From: Candidatus Heimdallarchaeota archaeon
Lineage (GTDB): Archaea > Asgardarchaeota > Heimdallarchaeia > Hodarchaeales > Hodarchaeaceae
NCBI GenBank assembly: GCA_048881705.1
Contig: JBHLSH010000071.1
Coordinates: 1 to 20,758, forward strand
Direction of reading: 5' to 3'
Length of the DNA stretch: 20,758 nt
The notes beneath the pieces were generated by a model. The model was given only the letters and a program-made list of their open reading frames with translations. It was not told where the DNA came from and ran no database searches. Positions 1-8,537 of this stretch are shown piece after piece. The first letter of the stretch is position 1. Each line of letters starts with the position of its first letter. A program made the position numbers and the translations under genes.

Positions 1-22
1 CCAAATCGGAATCTTTTTTGCT

Positions 23-48
23 TTATTGAACAGGTTAAGGTTCAATAA
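23..48. promoter_or_regulatory. Perfect 9-bp inverted repeat (TTATTGAAC-N8-GTTCAATAA) upstream of ssb; candidate operator
   Basis: TTATTGAAC at 23-31 and GTTCAATAA at 40-48, ending 24 nt before the ATG at 73. The dyad is seen directly; its function is inferred. Confidence 0.45.
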
Positions 49-72
49 GTTGTAAATTCAGATGTGCAAAAA

Positions 73-609
73 ATGACCTTAAATTTCGATAGCGAAGAAC
101 AACAGACCCAAGACGTAAAGATTGGGAATGTTCAACCGCTCCAGAAGCATATAAATGTGGTCTTTCAGGTTACTCAGAAAGACGATGAGCGTGAAATCGT
201 GAGCCGAAAAACCGGTGAAACCCACCGAGTGTGCGATTTCACAGTGGCAGATGATACTGGCTCAATAACCCTCACCTTATGGAACGAGGACATCGATAAT
301 ATCGAACTAGAATCAGTCTATAAGCTATCCAATGGCTTTGCTAATATCTATCGTAACAGTCTCCGATTAGCAAAGGGAAAATTCGGTACAATCGAGAGTG
401 ATGAGACTGAGTTTGAAGAAGTCAACGAAGGCAATAATAGATCCTCTGAACACGTAGATGATCCACGAAGAAGATACTCACCTGGTGGTGGAGATCGGGG
501 TGGACGCGGAGATAGAGGTTACGGAGGTCAAAGGGGCGGTTACGGCCGTGATCGAGATCGTGATCGAGGCTACGGGAGCCAACGTAGAGATCGAGGCAGT
601 CGCTACTAA
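73..609 (+). CDS. ssb: Single-stranded DNA-binding protein (single OB fold, crenarchaeal SSB/RPA type) with Gly/Arg/Asp/Tyr-rich C-terminal tail
   Basis: OB-fold motifs INVVFQV, VADDTGSITLTLWN and NGFANIYRNSLRL..GKFG are typical of archaeal SSB/RPA. The ATG at 73 is preferred over the GTG at 64. Confidence 0.88.
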   Translation: MTLNFDSEEQQTQDVKIGNVQPLQKHINVVFQVTQKDDEREIVSRKTGETHRVCDFTVADDTGSITLTLWNEDIDNIELESVYKLSNGFANIYRNSLRLAKGKFGTIESDETEFEEVNEGNNRSSEHVDDPRRRYSPGGGDRGGRGDRGYGGQRGGYGRDRDRDRGYGSQRRDRGSRY

Positions 610-623
610 GTTCAATCTATTTT

Positions 624-658
624 GGAGAATTAAGATTCTCCTTTTTCTCTATTTTTTT
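624..658 (+). terminator. Hairpin plus T-tract terminator after ssb
   Basis: GGAGAAT-TAAG-ATTCTCC (624-641) is a perfect 7-bp stem, followed by T5 (642-646) and T7 (652-658), 15 nt after the ssb stop. Confidence 0.6.
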
Positions 659-699
659 CGGGGAGTCTAGACACGTTAGATTAGCTTTGAAGCAAATCA

Positions 700-1101
700 T
701 CAAGAAACAAAGATCCAGTCTACTACCAGGAGTATCATCGGAATCAAACCAACGATAATCCATGTCAAGAAGACTCCAAATTTCCCAAATCTTAGATAAT
801 CAATAGCCCCACTTACAACAAACGCTCCAGATGCTAAGAAAAAATATAACGGACTTAGGAAGAGAGAGATAGCTGCAATTAAGAGAAGGAATACCCCGAG
901 ACAAAACATCTGGATCACTTTCCGACGAATTTCAGATTCAGTGGCTTTTTTTGGTAATTCAAAGCTGTGCTGCTTCTTTGAAAGATTATAGTTATCCGAA
1001 AGGAGGTAGACTAGATTCGTGGTGGTCTCAAAAGCGCCGATAACAATCCCAAAAAACCCTATATTGACCAAGTCAATTATCGAAATATCATTTGGTATCA
1101 T
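700..1101 (-). CDS. Hypothetical membrane protein (~4 TM)
   Basis: 133-aa ATG ORF filling the gap between ssb and xth, with several hydrophobic segments; no family recognised. Confidence 0.7.
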   Translation of the reverse strand: MIPNDISIIDLVNIGFFGIVIGAFETTTNLVYLLSDNYNLSKKQHSFELPKKATESEIRRKVIQMFCLGVFLLLIAAISLFLSPLYFFLASGAFVVSGAIDYLRFGKFGVFLTWIIVGLIPMILLVVDWIFVS

Positions 1102-1183
1102 ATTGGCAGGCCTCTTAAAGGACTAAGGTTCTCATCTCGATTTACTTAATAAACTCCCTTGTTTTACAGTGATTTGACACAGA

Positions 1184-1954
1184 ATGGAGTTATTAACTTG
1201 GAACGTTAATGGCCTACGTGCGTGCATAAATAAGGGGTTCATAGAGTGGGTGAAAGCGCACCAGCCAGATGTTTTATGCGTTCAAGAAACAAAAGCTCAA
1301 CCAGATCAAGTTTCCTTATCGTTCGAACTTCCTGAATATCGAGGCTTTTGGAATTCCGCAAAAAAGAAAGGTTACAGTGGGGTCTTAACTCTCGTGAGAA
1401 CACCCTATAAACCTTCAAGTATTAAAAAAAAGATGGGAAAGCGGAAATTGGACGAGGAGGGGCGGTTTTTGCAACTCGAATTTGATCAATTTTATCTGTT
1501 AAACTTCTATTTCCCCAATGCTCAGCGAGAATTAAAACGCTTGGATTTTAAATTGGAATTTAATGATGCTGTACTTGCCTATTGCGAAGCATTGCGTAAA
1601 AAAAAGCATCTAATCCTATGTGGCGATTTTAATGTCGCCCATAAAGAGATAGATCTAAAAAATCCCAAGACCAATCACAAAAACGCAGGGTTTTCACCTC
1701 CAGAACGAGACTGGTTTTCCAGTTTACTGGAGCATGGCTACATGGATACTTTTCGTGAATTCGACCAGTCACCTGACCAATACACATGGTGGAGCTATCG
1801 ATCCAATGCTCGACCGCGGAATATCGGATGGAGAATCGATTATTTCGTCATCAATCAAGAATTTCGCCCTTTTCTACAGTCTGCCTTTATTTTGCAGGAT
1901 GTTATGGGTTCCGATCATGCACCTGCAGGAATCAAGATCAATAATTTCAAGTAG
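1184..1954 (+). CDS. xth: Exodeoxyribonuclease III / AP endonuclease (ExoIII/ExoA family)
   Basis: Motifs TWNVNGLRA, LCVQETK, GYSGV, EGR, YFPN, GDFNVAH, YTWWSYR, GWRIDY and GSDHAP are all present. Confidence 0.96.
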   Translation: MELLTWNVNGLRACINKGFIEWVKAHQPDVLCVQETKAQPDQVSLSFELPEYRGFWNSAKKKGYSGVLTLVRTPYKPSSIKKKMGKRKLDEEGRFLQLEFDQFYLLNFYFPNAQRELKRLDFKLEFNDAVLAYCEALRKKKHLILCGDFNVAHKEIDLKNPKTNHKNAGFSPPERDWFSSLLEHGYMDTFREFDQSPDQYTWWSYRSNARPRNIGWRIDYFVINQEFRPFLQSAFILQDVMGSDHAPAGIKINNFK

Positions 1955-2085
1955 CACAGCTTTTGAAAGGTTAAACCCCAGATTCTCAATTTCTTGTGGT
2001 ATTGTCAAGAAGGTAGCAATTTTACCCCGCGGTTCGAGGCGAAAGCTTTATTTCTTTCACCAGATATTTTCTTTCAGGAGTACTT

Positions 2086-2832
2086 ATGAGTAAATCGGCA
2101 ACACAATCGGTCAACTCCTATTACAAGATAATTGAGGAGAATAAAGATCACGATTGCGCGAATCACGAAACCCCAGGGACGGGGCCGCTTGGTGCCGCCA
2201 GCCATTTCTGTGTCAAGGTTGTATCGGCAGCGAAACTTCCATCACGATTCGGAGATTTTCTAGCACTTGGATTTCATCAGACACATGATGAAAAGGAGCA
2301 TGCCGCCTTCGTAAAGGGAGATGTCGTTAACAAATCGAATGTATTGGTACGTCTTCATTCAGAATGTCTAACGGGCGATGCAATCGGAAGTCTTAGATGT
2401 GATTGTCGTGATCAATTGGAGGGAGCATTAAGAAAAATTGAAGAAGAAGGTGAGGGAATTGTACTCTACCTGAGACAAGAGGGTAGAGGAATCGGATTGA
2501 CAAACAAACTAAAAGCGTATGAATTGCAGGACCAGGGAATGAACACGGTAGAGGCCAACATTGCTCTTGGATTTAGGGACGACGAGCGGGATTACCATCT
2601 TGCGGGTCACATGTTGAAAAGCCTAGGAATAACTTCAATTAGGCTATTAACCAACAATCCAAGGAAAATAACGGCTCTACAGGAATGGGGAATCACTATT
2701 ACCGAACGTGTTGAACATATCTTCCCTGAGAATCCGTATAACAAAGCCTACCTTGCCACGAAGAAGGAAGTTAGCCAGCATTTATTGGATCCTGATATGA
2801 GCGCGGATAGTTTTATACATCAAAAACACTGA
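2086..2832 (+). CDS. ribA: GTP cyclohydrolase II with N-terminal extension
   Basis: RLHSECLTGD, SLRCDC (Zn cysteines), YLRQEGRGIGL, NK..AY..QD.G..TVEAN and LLTNNP.K; AGGAG SD at 2076-2080. Confidence 0.95.
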   Translation: MSKSATQSVNSYYKIIEENKDHDCANHETPGTGPLGAASHFCVKVVSAAKLPSRFGDFLALGFHQTHDEKEHAAFVKGDVVNKSNVLVRLHSECLTGDAIGSLRCDCRDQLEGALRKIEEEGEGIVLYLRQEGRGIGLTNKLKAYELQDQGMNTVEANIALGFRDDERDYHLAGHMLKSLGITSIRLLTNNPRKITALQEWGITITERVEHIFPENPYNKAYLATKKEVSQHLLDPDMSADSFIHQKH

Positions 2833-2856
2833 TTCATCCTATTTACCTGACTCTTA

Positions 2857-3498
2857 CTAGATGAGGTTCAAAACCTGCTGGAAGCAAGGGATGTAGTCAA
2901 TCAGAGAGTAGGCATAATTACGACTGAGGGAATATTCGACAAAATTAGTCTGAGCTATATCGGGTAACAAGGTTCTAAGGTCATCTGAGATGGTAACCGA
3001 TTCCTTCTCTGATCTAACTCTAGATACCCAATCAGAATCCAGATTTGGAGAAGGTGTAAGAATACCTAGTCTGGGTTGATCCACAGGAACCGAATATTCC
3101 TTTTGATCAAGGAGTCTTGCTCGCCTATCTTTACGTGTACCACTGGTTTTTTGTGTAACGATAATTTCCATTAGTTTCCTTATAACGTAAATAGTATGAG
3201 CACGAGAACGACCTTCAAACATCAGAAGATTAACCCCATGGAGATATGAATATTTATCATCGAAGTTAGGCCCATGGGGAGAATAAAAGTGTTGTGTAAC
3301 GCCATGTTCACGGAGGTAGTCTTCAAAGATGATTTGCAGTGAAACCTCGCAAATTTTCTCCGGAAAATGGACCTTAAACATTGTACTCCATCCAAATCCC
3401 TCATGAAGTCGTGACTCGAAAATCCCATCAAAATTGTATGCCGAGAAGGTTTTAAATTTTGGATGAAACCGGTCTATGAAGATACACTTTAGTAGCAA
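2857..3498 (-). CDS. Hypothetical protein, putative NPRL2/Npr2-like longin (uDENN-superfamily) protein
   Basis: 213-aa ORF with TTG start (in-frame TAA shortly upstream). Collinear motif matches to NPRL2 as recalled: CIFIDRFHP, KYS...NL, VIRKL, EYSVPV, LLPDI. Confidence 0.55.
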   Translation of the reverse strand: MLLKCIFIDRFHPKFKTFSAYNFDGIFESRLHEGFGWSTMFKVHFPEKICEVSLQIIFEDYLREHGVTQHFYSPHGPNFDDKYSYLHGVNLLMFEGRSRAHTIYVIRKLMEIIVTQKTSGTRKDRRARLLDQKEYSVPVDQPRLGILTPSPNLDSDWVSRVRSEKESVTISDDLRTLLPDIAQTNFVEYSLSRNYAYSLIDYIPCFQQVLNLI

Positions 3499-3631
3499 TG
3501 TGTAAAATATGTAGATCGATTAAAGTTAAGAGGATTTTTCAAACTTTATTATGATCATACAACCGCGTGACGGTAAAAATAATTGAAGTTTTTCTGATTT
3601 TAGAAAATTGGCTAGCGCAAGGAATCTAGAA

Positions 3632-4522
3632 ATGATGGATCTACCTAATAATAAATCAAAAACGATTTCACTGCCAGATGGGCGTCAATTAGGTTACATT
3701 GAACATGGATCTGAGGCTGGTAAGCCAGTATTCTATTTTCACGGTCGAGACGGAAGTCGGCTGGAAGGAGCGTTTGGAAAGGAACACCTGGCCGATGATT
3801 TGGGAATTAGGCTTATCTGTGCAGAACGGCCTGGAATGGGTCTTTCCGATTTCTTGAAAAAACGAACTATTCTTGACTGGCCAACTGATGTCCTTAAACT
3901 TGCCTCAGCGCTGCACATAAAGAAGTTTGCAGTAGTCGGAGGTAGCGGGGGAGCCCCTTATGCGCTTGCGTGCGCATATAAAATCCCTGATCGATTAACA
4001 TCATGCATAGTAGCTGGAGGATTGGGGCCATTCAAGCTGAGTAAACCTTTTCTAGACCGTCGGAACCGGAATCTCCTTTCAATTGCTCGTTTCTTTCCAT
4101 GGTCGGTCCGATTATTACTCTGGTCTATGATAGGACGTAATCTGTATAATGAAGTATGGTGGGAAAAAAATTATGAGAAACTAGTGTCTTCGCTGCCGCC
4201 ATCCGATCAAATACTCGTGAAAAAGCCGGAGATAAAGGAACGGATGATAGATAAAACCCGTGAAGCGTACCGAGAAGGTTGTAGGGGCCCTGCTCACGAC
4301 TTCACCTTGTTTGCGAAACCGTGGGGATTTGCCCTTGAGGAAATATCCCCTGATATTCGAGTTTCCCTTTTCCATGGAAAAAAGGATACAGCTGTGCCAA
4401 TTCAGATAGCCCAAAAGATAAGCAGTAGTATTCCCAATTGTGAACCAACATTTTACGAGGAAGAAGGCCATATCTCTGTCTGGGTTAATCGTTTCGCAGA
4501 TATCATCAAGTCATTAAGCTAG
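3632..4522 (+). CDS. Alpha/beta-fold hydrolase (Abhydrolase_1 type)
   Basis: LPDGRQLGY, VFYFHG..GSR, RPGMGLS, nucleophile elbow GGSGG, FHGKKD..VP and catalytic His in EGH. The ATG at 3632/3635 is preferred over the TTG at 3608. Confidence 0.9.
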   Translation: MMDLPNNKSKTISLPDGRQLGYIEHGSEAGKPVFYFHGRDGSRLEGAFGKEHLADDLGIRLICAERPGMGLSDFLKKRTILDWPTDVLKLASALHIKKFAVVGGSGGAPYALACAYKIPDRLTSCIVAGGLGPFKLSKPFLDRRNRNLLSIARFFPWSVRLLLWSMIGRNLYNEVWWEKNYEKLVSSLPPSDQILVKKPEIKERMIDKTREAYREGCRGPAHDFTLFAKPWGFALEEISPDIRVSLFHGKKDTAVPIQIAQKISSSIPNCEPTFYEEEGHISVWVNRFADIIKSLS

Positions 4523-4563
4523 AGGTAAGATGGCCAGTAAATTCCTTTTTTTAGGTGAATTCA

Positions 4564-5910
4564 ATGTTTATTAAGGACGAAGTTGAAGAATTTCAAAGGA
4601 AAAGACCCAGGTCACATGAATTATGGAAAACAGCTGTAAAAGCATTGGCAGGCGGGGTATCACATAATATTAGGACGTTTGGGCTTCCAACAATTGGCGC
4701 ATTTCCTGTGTTCGTAAAATCATCCAAGGGAGCAAATCTCACAGATATAGACGATAATTCGTATATTGATTGTTGGAATGGACATTTTGCTATGATTTTG
4801 GGGCACAACCATCCAAGAATTCGGGAAGTAATCCTTCAACAGATAAATCAGGGCTGGCATTTTGGAACTACAACAGATCTACAGATCCGATTGTCGGAAC
4901 AGCTGATAACTGATAATCCAGGAATAGAGAAAATTAGATTTTGCACCAGTGGTACGGAAGCCACGATGTATGCGTGTCGTCTAGCTAGAGCGTACACTGG
5001 AAGACGATTGATTGCAAAGGCCAAGTTGGGATGGCATGGTGCAAACGATACGCTTTCTTACGCGGTCGGGGGAATGCTCGATGACCGTAGTACGCCAGGT
5101 ATCCTTGAACCGCAGGATGCAGGAATAATAACTTTCGATATAAACTCTACGGATTCAATAGGGCGTATAAAGGGGCTAAGGGAGAATTTGGCTGCAGTAA
5201 TCCTGGAACCGGTCATGGGGGGAGGGGGAGGATTTTCAGTAAATTTTGAGTTTTTAAAGGAATTAAAAGAGGAATTAGATAAAATGGGAGCGCTTCTTAT
5301 ATATGATGAAGTAATAACTGGATATCGATTCCGTTACGGCTTGTATCAGAATGTAATCAAGGTAATTCCTGATTTAACCACAATGGGTAAGATTATTGGT
5401 GGGGGGTTCCCGATAGGGGCGGTTGGTGGTCAGCATGACATTATTGATCGCGCCATACCTGGAAGGACCAATTCTGTATTAATTGGTGGCGGTACTTTTT
5501 CTGGTTTTCCCGTTAGCCTTACAGCAGGTCTTAAAACATTGGAATTATTGAGGGATTCACAAGCGGAATATGATCGTATTAATTCCGCAGGGGAATTGCT
5601 CAAACAGAACCTAAATAACTATTTTAGAGAAGAAAAACTCCCCATCCTTGCAACTGGAATGGGATCCATCGTAATGCTACATACACTCTCGGAATGGATA
5701 GAAGATCCATCAATTCCACAGATTGTTAAACTGACTGATAAAAAACGGGCGGCTTTACTGCAACTCGCGCTGTTTAACAGGGATATAGCAGGATTGCATG
5801 GATTGGGTTGCATATCTATGGCCCACACAAAAGAAAACGTATCACAAATCCAACAAACTGTGCTTGAGGTTGCTTCGCCGATATCCTCCGCTACCGATTG
5901 GCCTACCTAG
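4564..5910 (+). CDS. Class III PLP-dependent aminotransferase, glutamate-1-semialdehyde aminomutase (HemL)-like
   Basis: GGVSHNIR, FCTSGTEATM, WHG, LEPV, DEVITGYR, TMGKIIGGGFPIG (PLP lysine) and GGTFSG. GGTGA SD at 4554-4558 favours the ATG at 4564. Confidence 0.88.
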   Translation: MFIKDEVEEFQRKRPRSHELWKTAVKALAGGVSHNIRTFGLPTIGAFPVFVKSSKGANLTDIDDNSYIDCWNGHFAMILGHNHPRIREVILQQINQGWHFGTTTDLQIRLSEQLITDNPGIEKIRFCTSGTEATMYACRLARAYTGRRLIAKAKLGWHGANDTLSYAVGGMLDDRSTPGILEPQDAGIITFDINSTDSIGRIKGLRENLAAVILEPVMGGGGGFSVNFEFLKELKEELDKMGALLIYDEVITGYRFRYGLYQNVIKVIPDLTTMGKIIGGGFPIGAVGGQHDIIDRAIPGRTNSVLIGGGTFSGFPVSLTAGLKTLELLRDSQAEYDRINSAGELLKQNLNNYFREEKLPILATGMGSIVMLHTLSEWIEDPSIPQIVKLTDKKRAALLQLALFNRDIAGLHGLGCISMAHTKENVSQIQQTVLEVASPISSATDWPT

Positions 5911-5939
5911 ATTTGGAGGAAGATTAACCCAAAAGAAAA

Positions 5940-7088
5940 TTATCTAGTAAAGTTACGAATTCCCCACTCCAATGAATATTTGAAACCCCATTTTCGCCAA
6001 ATACTGGCCATGACGATAAAAAAGGCAGTATAAATTGCCATAATGACCCAAAAGATTATGGATGAGGGAATTAGTTGAGGATCGAGTAAAAAAAGGGCGC
6101 TATGAACCATGTATATGGTCAGGGCGATTTTTCCCAAATTACACAACCAACAATCCTGAGAAATCGGACGTGGCTCCTTCATATCAATTTCTCTCAATCC
6201 TACGGCCAATGTGAGGAGTAAAATCCCGTGAGAAAGAAAGAACAGGGTATAGGTCGCGGTTTCATCTATTACTGGGGAAGTTAACCTTATTCCCATCAAT
6301 AATAGGAGAATTCCAATTGCGATTATTCCAGCTGAAAGAACCATTATCACGTTAAGATCTCGCCTTATTTCATTTGGATTATCTTCTAAAGGCAGGCTGA
6401 GAAGGCTTGCGAGCAATGCCCCAGCCAGGGGAAATGAAATCCAAGGTATAATCCCGAAAGAGCGAACATCGAGGATCGCATATTCCAGAATAGGAATGAT
6501 ATCCAGAGGGACTGGTTCAGGAATTACTTCTATCAGGGATGAAGCAAATGAATAGGTTACGAAGAAGAGGAATGATACTGTAAGGATTACAGCTGCCAAT
6601 AGTAACCTAAAGACCATGATGAACCTTTCGGGTCTATTTTTTGTGACTTTTGACGCCAATTCCCATAGAATGAAAAGTGTTATCGTGGAAAAGGCAAAGA
6701 CATGGAAAAAATTCCATGTGAATAAATATCTGACAAGATTCTCGATCATAACGGGAGGTCTGCTTAAAAAAACAATAACCTGTAAAGAAGCAGCAATTAC
6801 AAAAAATAGGAATATTCGTTTGACCGTTTTTCCCCGATTAATGGTGGGGCTTCTCAGAAACGAATTAACCTGGTTAAATCCGTTGAGAAAGACGTAACAT
6901 GGGATGCCAAAAAGCCCTATCAACATGGTTAAAAAAACCAGAAACCCTCCTGTCTCATAATTTAAAGCTAGATCAGGTGCATACCAAAACAACCCGTGGC
7001 CCGAAATCATTGGAAATACAATGATCCCTTGGAGAATATCGACCGTGATCAAATGGAACTTTTTTGCGCGCTGGGCCCCTGGCTCCAT
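5940..7088 (-). CDS. Polytopic membrane protein, DUF1624/HGSNAT-like acyltransferase family
   Basis: N-terminal VDILQGIIVFPMISGH resembles the D..RG...M...H motif; about 10 TM segments; C-terminal LG..ALTIY..H and SLEW..R motifs. Confidence 0.6.
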   Translation of the reverse strand: MEPGAQRAKKFHLITVDILQGIIVFPMISGHGLFWYAPDLALNYETGGFLVFLTMLIGLFGIPCYVFLNGFNQVNSFLRSPTINRGKTVKRIFLFFVIAASLQVIVFLSRPPVMIENLVRYLFTWNFFHVFAFSTITLFILWELASKVTKNRPERFIMVFRLLLAAVILTVSFLFFVTYSFASSLIEVIPEPVPLDIIPILEYAILDVRSFGIIPWISFPLAGALLASLLSLPLEDNPNEIRRDLNVIMVLSAGIIAIGILLLLMGIRLTSPVIDETATYTLFFLSHGILLLTLAVGLREIDMKEPRPISQDCWLCNLGKIALTIYMVHSALFLLDPQLIPSSIIFWVIMAIYTAFFIVMASIWRKWGFKYSLEWGIRNFTR

Positions 7089-7178
7089 GGTTCAAGCACC
7101 GAGCTAGTTTCTGGAAAAACCGCGTCCAATTCCAATGTAAACAGGAATAAACTGTGATACGCTCCCAGAAGAAAATCA

Positions 7179-8537
7179 TTAAAGAGAGGAGAGGTTCTTA
7201 AGCATTAACTTAATTACTTCTTTTCCACCGACGAGATTTTTGATCCTAAGTCTTTCGTCTTGAGAATGGGCACCATCTGATGCCTGACCGACCCCTACAC
7301 AAATGGCTGGAGCTTCAAAAACCTTTTCCAGGAATGGTATTATCGGAATGGAACCACCTGACCTTGCAAAATTTGGGGCCGTATGCCAATACTCTTGGAT
7401 CGCCGCGGTTCCCGCTTTAAATAAGGAATTAGTAACATCCCCTAACCACCAATCACCTTCCCCAAGTGATAATACTCTTATTGTATTTGGGGAACCTAGC
7501 TTTTCAAATTCCTTAAGGACGTACTCCGTAAATAATTCAATAATCTTCTCGGTATTTTGATTTGGTACAAGTCTCATACTGACTTTACCTATCACAGTAC
7601 TAGGTATTACCGTCTTCATCCCTGGTTCACTAAAAGCACCCTGAATACCGTGTATAGTTAGAGTTGGATTTCGCCAGATGTTCATCAACATTTCTTTAGA
7701 ATCAGTTCCAATATGATTATCTATCCCTAACGAGTTCAATAGCTCTGTAAAAGAGAATTCCAGATTATCATACAATTCCTGTTCAGTATCGTCAATCGGT
7801 CTGACCGAATCATAGAATCCGTCGACCAATACCTTATTATCGGCATTAATTAGCCTAGAAAACAGCATGATTAAATCTGACATGGGCTCCCGAACGCCAC
7901 CCCCAACAAGCCCAGAGTGTTTGTCTTGTTTAGGCCCAGTAATTTCAATTCCCATGTAGGCAATTCCCCGAAGCCCATATTCTAAGGAGGGCCTTTCATC
8001 GGTGAACCAGGCCCCGTCCATTACAACAATCCCATCCACCTTTCCAAATGTTGAAATATGCTTATTGACCGTCTGTTCGAATCCGCCTGAGGCGCTCTCT
8101 TCTTCCCCCTCGTAAAGAAATCGAATATTAACGGGCAATTCCTTATTCTCTTCTAATAGCTCCTTAACAGCAAAATAGGTCGCGACGATTGGCCCCTTAT
8201 CATCAGTTACCCCACGGGCGTATAGATAACCGTCATCTTTTTCTGTAAGTACAAAAGGCTCCGTCTCCCACCCATCTTCGAGACTGGCAGGTTGTACATC
8301 ATAGTGAGAGTAAAAGAGAATGTTCTTTTTTGATGGATCTTCACCAAGCATCCCAAACAATATTGGATTGCATTCTTGCGATTCATTCTGAATTATGTCA
8401 TTTTTTGCCCCGATATTTTCTAGGTGCCTAGAGAGAAATTCGATAGCCCTTCTAGACTCTGGAGCTTTACTTTTGTCCGAACTAAGCGACTGATATGCCA
8501 CAAATTGAGATAACATCTTTTTCATATCATCATACAT
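7179..8537 (-). CDS. M20 family metallo-dipeptidase, CNDP2/Dug1-like
   Basis: Metal and catalytic motifs SHYDVQPA, RGVTDDKGP, EGEEES, YGLRG, HSG..GG, HGIQGAFS, KTVIP, GGSIP and DGAHSQDE. Confidence 0.92.
   Translation of the reverse strand: MYDDMKKMLSQFVAYQSLSSDKSKAPESRRAIEFLSRHLENIGAKNDIIQNESQECNPILFGMLGEDPSKKNILFYSHYDVQPASLEDGWETEPFVLTEKDDGYLYARGVTDDKGPIVATYFAVKELLEENKELPVNIRFLYEGEEESASGGFEQTVNKHISTFGKVDGIVVMDGAWFTDERPSLEYGLRGIAYMGIEITGPKQDKHSGLVGGGVREPMSDLIMLFSRLINADNKVLVDGFYDSVRPIDDTEQELYDNLEFSFTELLNSLGIDNHIGTDSKEMLMNIWRNPTLTIHGIQGAFSEPGMKTVIPSTVIGKVSMRLVPNQNTEKIIELFTEYVLKEFEKLGSPNTIRVLSLGEGDWWLGDVTNSLFKAGTAAIQEYWHTAPNFARSGGSIPIIPFLEKVFEAPAICVGVGQASDGAHSQDERLRIKNLVGGKEVIKLMLKNLSSL

Noticed and set aside
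480-606. GATCG-rich nucleotide repeats as a tandem repeat or CRISPR-like element
   Set aside because: They simply encode the RD/RG low-complexity SSB tail, and there is no regular repeat-spacer periodicity.
1955-2085. FMN riboswitch upstream of ribA
   Set aside because: The region is too short and lacks FMN riboswitch consensus blocks; only a 6-bp TTCTTG/CAAGAA dyad is present.
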